This document shows positions 49,811 through 62,787 of a DNA stretch of 64,000 nucleotides, in pieces. The translations under genes were made by a program, and so were the position numbers. The notes beneath the pieces were generated by a model. That model was not told where the DNA came from and ran no database searches. It was given only the letters and a program-made list of their open reading frames with translations. The stretch comes from Podarcis vaucheri. Lineage: Eukaryota. Where the stretch lies: assembly GCA_965113315.1 (NCBI GenBank), contig OZ220368.1; one strand, 5' to 3'. The stretch's first letter is position 1; each line of letters opens with the position of its first letter.

Positions 49811-50080
49811 GCAAAATCATAATGATACCAGGGCTGTCCCACTTTCAACACTGTTTGTGCCTGCAGAAGTGTTGTGGCCGTCCACCTGCATCATTTCTGA
49901 TCAGTGCATATGCTGTAATTTCCCACTGAAATCCTGCGACTTGTTATACAACAAACACCCCGGTTCATTTTCCTTCTGCTTTTGTTGCCCTATAGCTCTT
50001 CCAGATAGCAATTAAGTGGTAGCACGGGGGCAGCGTCAAAGAACAAATGAAAGCAGAATAAATTCATCGCTAATGCACTA

Positions 50081-50432
50081 GGGACGCAGGTGGCACTGTG
50101 GGTTAAACCACAGAGCCTAGGACTTGCCAATCAGAAGGTTGGCGGTTTGAATCCCCGCGATGGGGTGAGCTCCCGTTGCTCGGTCCCAGCTCCTGCCAAC
50201 CTAGCAGTTCGAAAGCACGTCAAAGGCGCAAGTAGATAAATAGGTACCGCTCCGGCGGGAAGGTAAACGGCATTTCCGTGCGCTGCTCTGGTTTGCCAGA
50301 AGCGGCTTAGTCATGCTGGCCACATGACCCGGAAGCTGTACGCCGGCTCCCTTGGCCAAAAAAGCGAGATGAGCACCGCAACCCCAGAGTCGGTCACGAC
50401 TGGACCTAATGGTCAGGGATCCCTTTACCTTT
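50081..50432 (+). mobile_element. Full-length Sauria SINE
   Basis: tRNA-like head GGGACGCAGGTGGC, core GTCATGCTGGCCACATGACC, ACCTTT tail; TSD TAATGCACTA at 50071-50080 and 50433-50442. Confidence 0.9.
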
Positions 50433-52570
50433 TAATGCACTATTATTGTGTTGAGAACGCTTTGCAGAATGCACCTACAAAAAGACCACCAGCTTGGGGG
50501 GGGGGGGGGCTTACTCAGCAAACTGCTACTTCTGCTTATTAAACAGGAGCACTTTCTTTGATGACCAGAGGCCCCTCCTCTTCTTTCTTCCCCAGACATG
50601 CGGGGCTAGTTGAGCCAGTCTCTATAAGCCCCTCTAGCTCCTGGTGGGAATCTGCTTTGCTCCCTTTTTCAGGATTTTAGGACTGGCAGAGGAGGATTCA
50701 TAGTTTCCTTATTAGGATACACTTGAAGTGGAGGGATGGGTTTTATCCAATGGAGGCTGGTGCCCATTAGGACTAGACAAGGAGACCAACAGTAGGTGCA
50801 GCCAGAGCCACCAGCAGGCAGAGCCAGCTAATTGGTGATGCTCAAGCTAAGGAGGAGGCAGCTGATCCAATGGACCGGCCTTCGCCTGAGATTTGGTCCA
50901 TGCACAAAATCTCACTGGTTGTCGTATCTGGGCTTGATAATAAATCCCTCCCTTCAGGGCTACTACACATTAGCTAATGATCCAGGGTTTGTTTGGTTTT
51001 CGTGCCTTTGTTTGCTTGAATCATCTGGAGCTGTTTGATTTGAAGAGTTCCTTCCACTGTGCATCCCCTTCATGCTCAGAGCACACTGTAGCCTAGGTTA
51101 CACAGATTGATTCTGGAAGAAGGGGGGAAGAAGCAATGTGTGCCTGGAACTACTGTGTGTGTGTGTGTGTGTGTGTGATCTTGTAATTCCTTCCAACTCC
51201 ATAAGGTTTTATGGAATGGAGTAATAATAATAAAACAGTTGCTTAAACAAAAATCCCAAGAGTCAGATGATATTTGGCTGACATACTTCTCCATTAGTCA
51301 AGTGAAGCTGATGGTGCTATATCTCTCTCTAAACACACGCACACAAAATGCACTTTCAAACAGAAGGCACCAGGGCATAACAAACAAATAGGGCTCTGAT
51401 GTTGCATTTCATTGTGCTGTTTTAAATCGGTCTTTCTCTGTGGGTCAGAAGGGGAACAGAAAGAAATGGAAAGCCTTGAAGAATCCCTTTTTATAGGGAG
51501 AAAAGCCTACTATCAACAACGGCTGCCCAACCCAGAGCACTTTTAAGTGCCGCCTCCTCGTCAGTGGCTTCAGTCCAACACAGACACAAGCACATCTTCA
51601 TGATTACTCTACTGATGGGGGAATTACTGACTCCAAAGCTGTAATGAGATTGTCTCTGGAGCAGGCTTGCTTATTGAAATGCAGACTTTTTCAGGCCAGC
51701 ATCAGACATCCATCAGCACTTGCAATGAGATTTCAGTTTTTTTATATAAAAAAAATCCAGCTTAATCTCCTCTGTTGATGTTTTCCCAAAAGGGGTTTCT
51801 TTCCCTGTTTCTCTAGGTCAGCAAGTGTCCCTTAACATGACAAAATGGGCATGAAAGATTGTTTCAGCTTAAGGCAAAGCTTGTGGGAAAGGCTGTTTGG
51901 GTTAGTTGCATTTGAATTATCACAGTATACTGAGCTGCTTTATATTCATGGGTTTGTTGTTTTTTAACAAAACAATTATGGTAAAAACTGGTTTTATATT
52001 ATTGATTTCTGCCCCCGCCGCACACATTTCATATGCACACTGAACCATTCTCTCTGGTTAGCACACCTTTACATTCTTAAACATTCTTACACTCAAAATA
52101 CATATATGTTGGATATCTGATGCTTAGTTATTCAATACCTCATATTAATCATCTGTTTTGTCCCTGTTTTTTAAACATGAAGAAGTACCTGACCTGAATG
52201 ATTTTATTTTTATTTTTTTAAAAAACACCCTGGTCTGTTCTTTCCCAAACTGTAACCCAATTTTGACTATCCAAAAGTTGGATAAGGTTAAATGAGTCAG
52301 ATAGCTGAGTTTGTACGCAATGCCATATACCAGATTTCCCCAACCTGCTGCTCTTCAGCTGGTTTGGACTACAACTCCCATTCAGCCCCAGCCAAAACAT
52401 CTGCAGAGCACCCGGTTGGGAAGGCTCCATATGCAAACTTGATATATTCACAGACCCATACAAATGATCTCATATTCCAACAAGTGAAATTTCACAAAAA
52501 CTCATGGGCTCACTTCCACTCATGGACAAACTTTTATCAGTCTCCCAAACTGTTTCATAGGCAAAAGGTA

Positions 52571-52573
52571 ATT

Positions 52574-52604
<31 letters not shown>

Positions 52605-52922
52605 CCTGCCCACTCTGGGCGGCTTCCAACCGAATATTAGCATCAGACATTTAAAATTTTCCTAAACAGGGCCACCTTCAGTTGTCTTTTAAAAGTAAAA
52701 TAGTTGTTTATTGCCTTGACATCTGTTGGGAGGGCGTTCCACAGGGCAGGCGCCACTATCGAGAAGGCCCTCTGCCTGGTTCCCGGTAACCTCAATTCTC
52801 GCAGCGAAGGAATCACCAGAAGGCCCTTGGCACTGGACCTCAGTGTCCAGGCTGGAAGATGGGGGTGGAGACGCTCCCTCAGGTATACAGGACCAAGGCT
52901 GTTTAGGGCTTCAAAGGTCATC
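52571..52922 (-). mobile_element. L2 LINE 3' end with (TAAA)n tail
   Basis: ALNSLGPVYLRERL...TLRSS...RAFSIVAPALWNALP...FKRQLK; (ATTT)n at 52575-52604. Confidence 0.85.
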
Positions 52923-53362
52923 ACCTTTAAAGGTTTCATGTGGACCTTCACTTGCCTTACTCCCAAGGAACCCATGGAATCTGAAAGCACCAGGGTCACA
53001 TCCTCCCCCCCCCAGTCTGTGCCATCTGCACCTTTTCACCTGATCAGCCAGACTCTTGTTGGGAACAGACATGAAGAAAAGATCAGATAGTTTGCCTCCC
53101 TCCCCTTCTACCTTCTTTATCTAATCCTATGATCCTGCAACAAGTATGCAGGTAGAAAGCCAGCAGGGATGTTCAGAATGTCATACATGCAACTATGTGC
53201 ATGTTGGACAGAGATCATGGGTGTGCGCTCAGTGCAAGGACTTCCTGGTCCTCAGGGAACAAGTATGTTCCCTTTAGGTCCCAGTATCTGACCTGAGAGA
53301 GCCAGAGTGGTTGGTAGACGTAATAATGGCATTCCACTCACACAGTGCCATCTCTTCCATTA

Positions 53363-53698
53363 CAGTGGTGCCCCGCAAGACGAATGCCTCGCAAGACGGA
53401 AAACCCGCTAGACGAAAGGGTTTTCTGTTTTTGAGCTGCTTCGCAAGACGATTTTCCCTATGGGCTTGCTTTGCAAGACGAAACGTCTTGCAAGTGTTCC
53501 GATTTTTTTTCGCTTCCCCCCCTTTTTCTAAGCCGCTAATAGCCTTTTAGCCGCTAATCTGCTAAGCCTTTAATAGCCGCTAAACTGCTAATAGCGCTAA
53601 TCTGCTAAGCCGCTAATAGGGTTGCTTCGCAAGACGAAGAAACCGCTAGATGAAGAGACTCGCGGAACGGATTAATTTCGTCTTGCGAGGCACCACTG
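53363..53698. mobile_element. Young Tc1/mariner-type MITE with internal AGCCGCTAA and GCAAGACGA repeats
   Basis: 22-bp TIR CAGTGGTGCCYCGCAAGACGAA, TA on both sides, CpGs retained. Confidence 0.88.
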
Positions 53699-54059
53699 TA
53701 TAATGGAGAATCATGGTCTTGGGGAAGAAAAGCTTCAATCTGAGGAAGAGGCAAATGATCGTTGAAGAGGGACACATTCTTTGTGGGACTAACAGTCATC
53801 CTATCATATGGAGGACACTTTTCTGGGGGTCTCTTGTTAGTGGCAGTTTTTATCACTGGCCTCATAGGCAATTGAGTTTGTGATGGGCATGTGGACCACA
53901 CAGTAACTTGTCTGCCTGTCACACGTAATCTGGATGCTGGATATACACTAAGGAGAAATGTTATTATGTGATCCTGGAAGAGAAATTTGGGTTGCTAGGT
54001 GAGAGGCCAGGACTTACAAGGAAGCTTTCTCTGAAATGCTGCCCATTCCATTTTGGTGC

Positions 54060-54350
54060 TGGAAAAAACTCTCCTATGAGGAAAAGTTACATAATTGGAG
54101 GATTTTTTAGTTTAGAAAAAAAAAATTGAGTAACAGGAAGAGACAGAAGAGTATAAAACTTAATAGTGTGGACAGAGAGAAGGCTTTTTTTTGCTGCCTC
54201 TCTCATCATTCTTGAACCTGGGAAAGGTCAATGAAGCAGAATGCTAGAAGATCCAGGACACACCAAAGTACTTCTTCACACAGCTCACAGTTAAACTATG
54301 GGGTTTACTGCCACAATATGTTGTAATGGACTGACTTAGATGGCTTAGGC
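54060..54350 (+). mobile_element. Decayed CR1 3' fragment
   Basis: CCTATGAGGAAA..TTTAGTTTAGAAAA..TACTTCTTCACACAG..GTTAAACTATGG motifs. Confidence 0.65.
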
Positions 54351-55696
54351 AAAGTCTAATGCCCCATATGCACCATACACTTAAAGCCACATCAATCACT
54401 TTAAACAGCCATGGGGGTCCCCATAGGAGACTCCAATTTCCCTCGTGGATCTACAGTTCTCAGAGTGGCTTCACAGTCATCCAGTGGCACACCTTGACAA
54501 TGCACACTTAACAATGACCAATGAACCAAATACAAAAAGAAATATCTACTGCTCAACAGTAATGCAGGCATTTTTCTGTCATTATCAATTTCTTTGATTG
54601 ATACTCATCTTCCCATATCCACATTTATAAAAATCATACCTGATAGTAAAGAAAAATATTCTGTATTGTCTCGGATTCTCATTACTTTCAAAGGGTGAGT
54701 TTAATATTCTGTAGATGCCACAAAGCATAATTTTCAATACCATTTTTCTAAGGTTACTCCTTCAGTATTTATCCAATACTAAGAAATATTTAGTCTTCTG
54801 CCACCAACATGAAATGCATTAGCTCTTTGGATACAAGATCCATATTTGAATGAAAGCCACCTGCTGCTTTTATTTCCCATGAAGCCCTAGGGCCATACGC
54901 TACATCAGGCACTCCATGTCACTTTAGGAAATTTGCACACACACACACAGGCAACTTCCCAGATCAAGCCACTGTCACCAGATAAGCCAGCAGCTGGGGG
55001 AACATGAAGGCAAGATGGCCAGAGTGAGAGGGAACGAAGCAGGCATTGGTGCCAATGGGTCTTGCCAGCAACTGCACGAGAGCATTGGGTACTGATGTGA
55101 CAGCGCTGAGTGTTGTATTTAAAATAACCCTGCTTGGGATGGAATGAATCAGTGGGCAGAGTGCAAACTAAATTTAAAATACAGTTCACATTAAAGAAAA
55201 CCAAACCCACACATAGGTTGCCACCCAGAGTTCTAGGGTCATGATTACTCTCTTATCAACAGAGTTTATTCCTGCCCTAAATCTTGCTTACATCCTGCAG
55301 ACTAGTGTGGAACATTGCACAGAAATCCAACAACAATCACCAAATACGGCAGTAATAACAGCTGCAATTGCAGCACAGCAGAATCCATAGATGTCCAAGC
55401 AAGCAAAGCAGCTGTCCCTCCCCAATTCACCCCTACACACACACACACACACACACGAACAAGTGTGTCACTGTCCACAAGAAAGATGAAAGGAACAAAC
55501 CACATCGGCCCGCTAGTGCTGCCGCAATGCCAAGAGAAGGAGAGGGACAGATGTTGGGGAGGAGGAAGGGTAAAGGGGAGAGGGAAAGGCAACACTGACC
55601 TGACAGCACGGCTGGGGAGGGGGCAGCGGGGGGTTGCAGGACAAGAGGCAAAAATGTGGTGGGAGCAGTGAGAGGGAGACAGCCAGCTTGGCCTAC

Positions 55697-55750
55697 CTGC
55701 TGATCCAAATACTCTAGGTTTCTTTGCAACTGAAGGTCTAAAAGTTCATC
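55697..55750 (-). CDS. PLEKHA6: PLEKHA6 cassette exon, 54 nt (DELLDLQLQRNLEYLDQQ)
   Basis: ctgatag| acceptor, CAG|gtaggc donor, phase 0/0. Confidence 0.9.
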
Positions 55751-57967
55751 CTATCAGGAGCCATTAGGCATGCGGCAAAATGGAAACACAAAAACAAACA
55801 AAAACAAAGAAGAAGCAAAAGCAGTTAGGTGCGACTTAGCTCGAGAGAGGCACAGAGCTCCCCAGACAGGAAAGGGAACAGTCAGCCTCACAAGCGTTTT
55901 TTTCCAGGTAGGTGGGTGGGGTGAGTGATGGCTGCTCAGCGGTCCTTTTAGCCCAGGACATATTCCCTAGAGGAGCTTTCCCCAGTCAGGTGCCCTCCAG
56001 AGGTTTCAGACTGCAACAACAGGGAGTTGTAATCCACAACATCTGCAAGGGCACCCAGTTGGGGAAGGCTGCCTTAGAGGGACTCTCAATGGGAGATCCT
56101 GGCAGTTTCTCATATAGACAGTGCTCTGTCCCCATACCATGTGTCGCCTTCTGCTGGACAGGTGTGGATTAACAAGAGGGCCATGCTACCTTCCTCCAGG
56201 CCACTGGAGTAGGCCACCAAGCTGGTAAAATATATTAATGCTCTCCCCCAACAGTAAGGAATGCAATCCAACAGTCCCACGTGTGCCGGCTTCACTGCAG
56301 ACCTTCCCACATGCAGCGTGAAGGAGGATCCTCAGCATGTTCAACCGAACGCACTCAGAGTTCCTCCTCAGACCTTCCAGATGAGGAAGCCGCCTTCTGC
56401 TGAGTCAGGCTGCAGGGCTTATACACACCTTTTCTCCGCTCTTTCCAGGCACGGTCCACGATTTAAAGCTCTGTGTCCCAGTGCCTTCTCGTTCCTGCTC
56501 CAGAACTTTCCCTGCAAAAACCTGCTCTTTGAAAAGCTCAGTCAGAGAAAACGCCAATCCGCAGAAAACCCGAAGTGGTGTTTGCTCTGATTCAGTTTTA
56601 AGGAGCAGGGTTTTGAGGGGAAAGCTTGAGACAGAAATAATAACAAAATGCTGGGCCCTGGAGTGCTAAAGTGAGCACCTGTGCCTGGCAAAAGGTAAGT
56701 GTGGGTAAGCCCTCTGTCCTATCTGCACAGCTCTGCAGGGTTTCAGACAGTCCTACCTGAAAAGGCTGGGGACTGAACCTGAGACCTTCCACATGCAAAG
56801 CTGATGCTTTGTCACTGAGCTATAGTCCTCCTGCCAACATGGGAAGGTCTGAAATGGAGCTGGTGCACAAGCCCCCTCTGACCTGAAGCCCACACACATT
56901 TGCTCCAAATAGGGCTCACTTTTCATTGCAATGTAGCACCTGTAATACCCATTAAGCCATTATTATTATAATCTGTTTTATTGGTGGCATAGGCCTCTAA
57001 GAATTGTTAATTCACTCCTGCTGCAGAGGCAAAGTTTGCTACCAAGAAGTTTGTCCCCACAGTTAGCACTCCCACATTTTTCTCAGCAAGGCACCTGGCT
57101 TTGAAAGCCTAGGATTAGGTGGAAATTCTCTCAACCACAGTGACTGCTCTACAGTCTTTATGCCAAGGCTGGCATGTTGAGAACGTGGGCTCAGCACATC
57201 CATTCAGAGCTCTGCAGGGAAAGAAGGGATTGTGCTATTGGCTCCACACATATGGCCTCTTCCAAAAGCTCAGCATCCCTTTCAATGGCTTTGCAACTGT
57301 GCAGTAAAAAACTGGCTGAGCTGGAAGAGTGCTGAAACAAACAGCGGATTCTGCACACGTCAAACTCTGCACAGATTTACTCAGTCTACATTCCTGGGGC
57401 ATCACTTTGGGTCATGCAAATTGGCTTTTACTCAGTCTCTATCCAGCCTCTATGTGGATGTCAGTTGGAAAAACGGGATGGTCTACCTATTCTAGATACA
57501 GGCATACAGGAAGCTGCCGTATACCAAGCCAGACCATTAGTCCATCTATGCTAATTGGAAATGGCTCTGCAGGATTTCAGACATGGTCCCTCACAGACCA
57601 ACCTGGAGATGTCAGGGATTGGACCTACGACTTTCTGCATGCAAAGCAGATGCTCTATGACTGAGCTATCACCCGAGACAGCAAGCATAGCTACAGCTTC
57701 TCCCTACAGCTTCTTCACCTGGCAAGAAAGTTAGGAGCAGCATACAAAGGGACCCTTACAAAAATGGTGCTCCTGTGCATTATTCTCTGCAAGCATGACA
57801 CCAACAGTGTGCTTTTTGACCCAGGTAAACTACTTCTCAGATATAGACAAAAATTATTTTGATCTGTTTTGGAAATGATTTGTCTCTTTCTAAACACACA
57901 GAACCTTTACTATCAGGCCTGGGCAGCCTGAGCTCTGTGTCTGTAATTAACAGATATGTGTCCAGAT

Positions 57968-58215
57968 TGCTGGAACGCTCCAATTGGAGAACAGCCTTTA
58001 CCAAAGGCATCGTGGACTTTGAAAAAGCACGGACTCAGAACGAAGGGAAGAAACGAGCTAAGAGGAAGGCACATTTGGCAAATCCTCACCATGATCAACT
58101 CCCACCCAGAAACCTATGTCCCCACTGTGGAAGGATGTGTGGATCCAGAACTGGCCTTCACAATCACCTATGTTCATGGTAGACAATCTTGCTCAGCAAT
58201 GAGCGATCGCCAAAG
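57968..58215 (+). mobile_element. RTE-clade LINE 3' end
   Basis: ERSNWRTA...CPHCGRMCGSRTGLHNHL C2H2-like terminal motif. Confidence 0.8.
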
Positions 58216-59840
58216 AGTCCAGACTGCTAGCGCTGCTTTTTCAAAGGAGCTATCCTGCGCCGACATCCGCATCTATTCCTGCCACCAGACATTCGCCCCA
58301 CCCCCCAAAACAGCTGGAGATGGGGACAGAGCACCTGCTATGAGAGAGACTGTCCATGATGTGCTCAGTGATACCAGGATCATCTCAGTGCACTCCTGGT
58401 TCAGCCACATGCATCCGCTTTGTGTGCATAGCTGGTGAGAAGGCAGGGGGAGTGAGGGGAGAAGCTGCGTGCAACAGTCCGTGCAACTAGAATCTGTTCC
58501 GCAGGGCACCTTAATCCAGTCCAGGAATTACTGGTTGCTCTCATAGGTGAAAGGTGTCAGGCAGGGTCAAGAACCTTGGCATGGAGCAAATGGAAGTTGG
58601 CAGTTTCACTTGGCAGAGTCCCACTCACAGTGGTTTCTGCCCCCACCACATGGATCCGCCCCCGCAGTGAAATAACCAAACAAAAGAGAGAAGCAAGAAG
58701 GAGTGAGGAAAATACAGCATTGAAAGAAATGACAGCCAACAACAGGGAACAGGGCTTTCTGCATGTCCTTTTCAAGCTCACCCAATTTTGCACTGTCCCA
58801 GAAACTACACTGGAGGATTGCAAGCTCTGGCAGTGCTTGCCAGTATTGCTGCCCTGGCTTTTGCTCTCTTCATTTCTTCTTTATGGGCTGCCAAAGCAAT
58901 ACATACTTGGAATAGGGGAGGAATCCCAGAGGGAAAATGTGCTCTTCCAACAAGCCCTTTTCTGCATTATGGTTGCCACTGTAGCAATGGGCAAGGTGCT
59001 GCTCATTTAAGGACAGGGATTGGGAACCTGTGGTCCTCCAGAAGTTGTTTGGACTCAAGCTCCCATCAACCCTGGACCATTGGCTACAATGGCCGAGGTT
59101 CATGTGAGTCTCACAACATTGGGAAGGCCACAGGTTCCCCACCCCTGATTTAGGGGAGCAAAATGGTATCGAGTTCAAATCACATGTCAGATCAAAACTC
59201 TGAACAGCAGCTCATGATCAAGCTTGCAGCAGCAATGAGCACTGTGCCTCAGTTTATATTCCACAGTGGCCTGGTGGGCAAGCCAGGATGGAGGCTTCCC
59301 TTCTGCTATGCAGATGTAGCTTGTAATGTGAAATGAAGCCTCTGCTTTAACTCCTGATTGCACCTTTTTATTTATTAATTGTGGAAAAAGGAGAATCACA
59401 TGGGTGATGCTTCTGGACAACTGTGGGTGGACCCATTTTACATTACATGCTACTCCTCTTGCAGGATGCTAATGAAGCACCAAATGTAAAAACTGGGGGC
59501 TGAATGTGTGAACAGGAGCTGTTTCACTATCTCTATAAATCACATGTCTATTTCCCTCCTTGCTCTGCCAAAATAGGGCAGCGCTGTCTTCAACAGAATT
59601 ATCTGTCCGTTTGCATAGTCACGGTGTATTACATATCCAGACTGGTCTCACACTGCTGAAGAATATCCCTGTAGACTGAAACACTAGAGAATATGACTGT
59701 TACAGGACAGTGGTTTCATGTCCAGGAAGAAATTGCCCATTGCATAATAACATCCTTCACCCCACCTCTGAATTAGATCCCAACCTTGGGAAGGAAACCC
59801 AGCATCCCTAGTGGAATGCTGGGATGCCAATGGGACATAC

Positions 59841-59927
59841 CATTTTGTCGTGGACCGTAGGGGATGCTGGATAGTTGAAGGGGAACATTCCTGCAGGGAC
59901 AGGCCTCCTGTCACCCAGATAATCATA
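59841..59927 (-). CDS. PLEKHA6: PLEKHA6 cassette exon, 87 nt (YDYLGDRRPVPAGMFPFNYPASPTVHDKM)
   Basis: ttcctcag| acceptor, ATG|gtatgt donor, phase 0/0; resembles the insert of long PLEKHA6 isoforms (from memory). Confidence 0.9.
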
Positions 59928-61019
59928 CTGAGGAAAGAGAAGAAACCACACACATGCATGAAGAAGGCTCATATCACTGTAGGGTGACCATAGTCCACGC
60001 TACCTTTCCCCACAATATGGAACAGTTGGCACAGCTCACAATGGAGACAACAGGCAAGGCAAAGGAATTGCCCAGGGTTATTCAGTCAGGGTGAGGGACA
60101 GGTCAATGGTAGGAGGGCCAAGGTGTTGTGGCCTAGACATAAGAACAACTAAGATGCTCTTGGAAAAGAGGAGTTGGTTCTACAAGCTGGGAGTACAGTT
60201 CTGTTAGGAGAAGAGGAAAAGAAGGGGCAGGTTTTTCCCCAGGCTCCTACCCTTGGAACCTCCAATGCCACTCAGTTCCTGGGCTGCTCTCACCCTCAGT
60301 TCTGCCTGATATTCACTAATATTTGTCTGCACAATGAAAAATGTTCTAAAGTTTCACCAGCAACCTTTTCAGCATGTCTCCTGGCACAGTTAACGTGCCA
60401 GTTCTGTTTAGCCTGAACATGCGACTCCAGTACCTCAATTCAGTTGGGAGTTCTGAATCCCCTATACCTCATGTTTCAACTGAGTCTCGCCCAGACCCTT
60501 ATTTTTTTATTTCTGGGACAAGTGAAATAAAAACAGACTGTGACTGAGCATTTACGGACTGCTGAGTGGCCAGAAGAAGCCCTGACATGTCAGAGTGGCC
60601 AGAAGAAGAAGAATAAAGGTTTTATTCTAGCTCACAGGTGAGCAACCTGTGGCCTTAGGAAAACATGCAACCTGTGACTTCCTATTATGTGCCCCTCTGT
60701 TGACTTCTGAAGCTGCCCCATTCTTCCATCCATGCTTTTTATCCATTTTCCCCCTTTTTCAGGCATTTGTGTTTTGCTCTCTTTCTGTGTTGTTTCAGAA
60801 CACAGAACTGGAAGATGTGGTATTTTCTTTCATATGTGTATGTTTTAAAAACTTCTCCTCTGGTTGTATGGCTTGGGGGAAAGACTTTTCTCCTCCCTAT
60901 ACCATCGAATAATATATCGGTAAGAATTACTCTTACTTTCTTTCCGGAGCAGTGGCTGCATTGGTCTTTGGTACTAAAAAAAAGTTCTCTGTTTATTTGA
61001 AAGTAACCACATCACTGCA

Positions 61020-61259
61020 AACCTAGCAGTTCAAAAGCACATCAAAGTGCAAGTAGATAAATAGGTACCACTCTGGTGGGAAGGTAAACGGCGTTTCCGT
61101 GTGCTGCTCTGGTTCGCCAGAAGCGACTTAGTCATGCTGGCCACATGACCCGGAAGCTGTACGCCGGCTCCCTCGGCCAATAAAGTGAGATGAGCGCCAC
61201 AATCCCAGAGTCGGCCACGACTGGACCAAATGGTCAGGGGTCCCTTTACCTTTACCTTT
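61020..61259 (+). mobile_element. 5'-truncated Sauria SINE
   Basis: Aligns by eye to 50199-50432; (ACCTTT)2 tail. Confidence 0.9.
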
Positions 61260-61728
61260 GCCTAACCCCATCACACTCAGTGGGGCTTGCTTCTAACTAA
61301 ATATACATTGAACTGGGAATTCTAAACCTTGAGGAAGCAGGGTGGTCTCCATTCCAGATCAGTTAATCCAGAATAGTTTTGTCTCTGGCTCCAGCCATCA
61401 TCAGTTCTGGCTCTGCCCAACACTGGCACGTGAGCCACAACAAGTAATCCATTGAGGAAATGCAGCCCTCAACAGAAAAAACCGATGTTGCCCATGACTG
61501 CCTCTCCTCACCTTCATCAAAGCTAGTGTACCTTCCCACTCCTGCCGTGGTAATTTCCCCTCACCCTTCCTAATACTCCTCAGTCTCAGTACACAGCATA
61601 TACAAACACAGATAACGATTAGGTTACTAAGACTGTGCTAATGTTCCCTCAGTGCACAGCTTCAGTACTCCCCCAAAGAGTGGCAGGAAGCCCCGAGGGT
61701 AGGAGCGGAGACCGCGAGGGAGGGTTAC

Positions 61729-62239
61729 CTTTGGTGAACTGACCGATCGCCTCATCATGTATGTCGTCGGCTCTGCATAAATCTCCTCACTCCGGGGAGG
61801 CACTCTTTCAAAGCGGGCGCTCGGAGACCTGACAGGGGAGTACACTCTGGCTCGGGTGTAGGAGCCTTGGCTCGGCGAGCGGGGGACCGACCGGGAGCGA
61901 GGCTGGAGGGACATCCTGCGCAAGGAGCCTGAGGCGGCATCCATTTCGTCATAGTACACGGGTGGCCGGGTCGGGCCTGACATCCAGATGGGAACGTCCT
62001 GCCTGCCGTAGCCTGGCTGCTCTTTCCAGTCCCGCAGCTGGTAGGAGCCGCTGTTGCGGAAGGAGTGGCGCTTGTCGTCGACAGTCCACTGAGGGCTCAC
62101 ACGCTCAAAGGCAGGCATAGAGCAGATGCTGTCAGGACGCACCCCAGGAGGGTAGTATTGGTAATCTTCAGAGTACTGAGGTGAGTAGGGGGGATAGTAG
62201 TCAGGGACTCTTCGGGACATCGGGTAGAACCTGGTGGGG
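61729..62239 (-). CDS. PLEKHA6: PLEKHA6 coding exon, 511 nt (PTRFYPMSRRVPDYY...YMMRRSVSSPK); upstream exons lie outside the window
   Basis: Translation closely matches recalled human PLEKHA6 (YQYYPPGVRP.SICSMP, SLQPRS.SVPRSPSQGSY); acceptor catctag| and donor AAG|gtaacc. Confidence 0.96.
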
Positions 62240-62386
62240 CTAGATGGCCAGAAGGAAAGAATGAGGACGACGAATGTAAACCCTGAGTTTGCAAAGCAAT
62301 TTTAGCATCATCTGCCCTACCTTACCCATCTGTCTATCTCTGTACCAAAATCCACAGAGGATATAAATCTAGTGCAGATCTTATTT

Positions 62387-62787
62387 CTCTCTTTTTTCTC
62401 TGTTTTTCTATTGGTTTTCACATATTGCATCACAATACAGATGTGCCAAAGCCAACACCATTTCCTCCCCATCCCCCCATACCTTTACATTTCAATTTCC
62501 TCAATCCATCATATTATTCTTTTCTCCTTCCTCCCACTTCCCTCCACCCCCACTCGATTTCCTCCACATTATACAATTTACAATAATCTTTGCATTCTAC
62601 AATCTTCTCAAATCATCTATATTTTATTATTATCTTTCCTTACTAATTTTTCTTCCATCCAGTACTTCACATTTTAATCTAGGCATATTAGCGTATCTTT
62701 TTTTGAGCAATATTTTGCCATATATTCATCAAAACATTTCCACTCCTTTTTTAATTTTTGATTCGACTGATTTCTTATTATAGCAGT
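62387..62787 (-). mobile_element. L1-like LINE 3' end flanked by a 28-bp direct repeat
   Basis: Minus strand reads ...QKLKKEWKCFDEYMAKYC..*; GGATATAAATCTAGTGCAGATCTTATTT at 62359-62386 and 62788-62815. Confidence 0.75.

Noticed and set aside
53540-53625. Short repeated units resembling a CRISPR array
   Set aside because: Units are about 9 bp with no unique spacers and lie inside a TA-flanked MITE in a vertebrate intron
57859-58182. ORF with a C2H2 zinc-finger motif
   Set aside because: C-terminus of an RTE LINE ORF; 5'-truncated, no host gene structure
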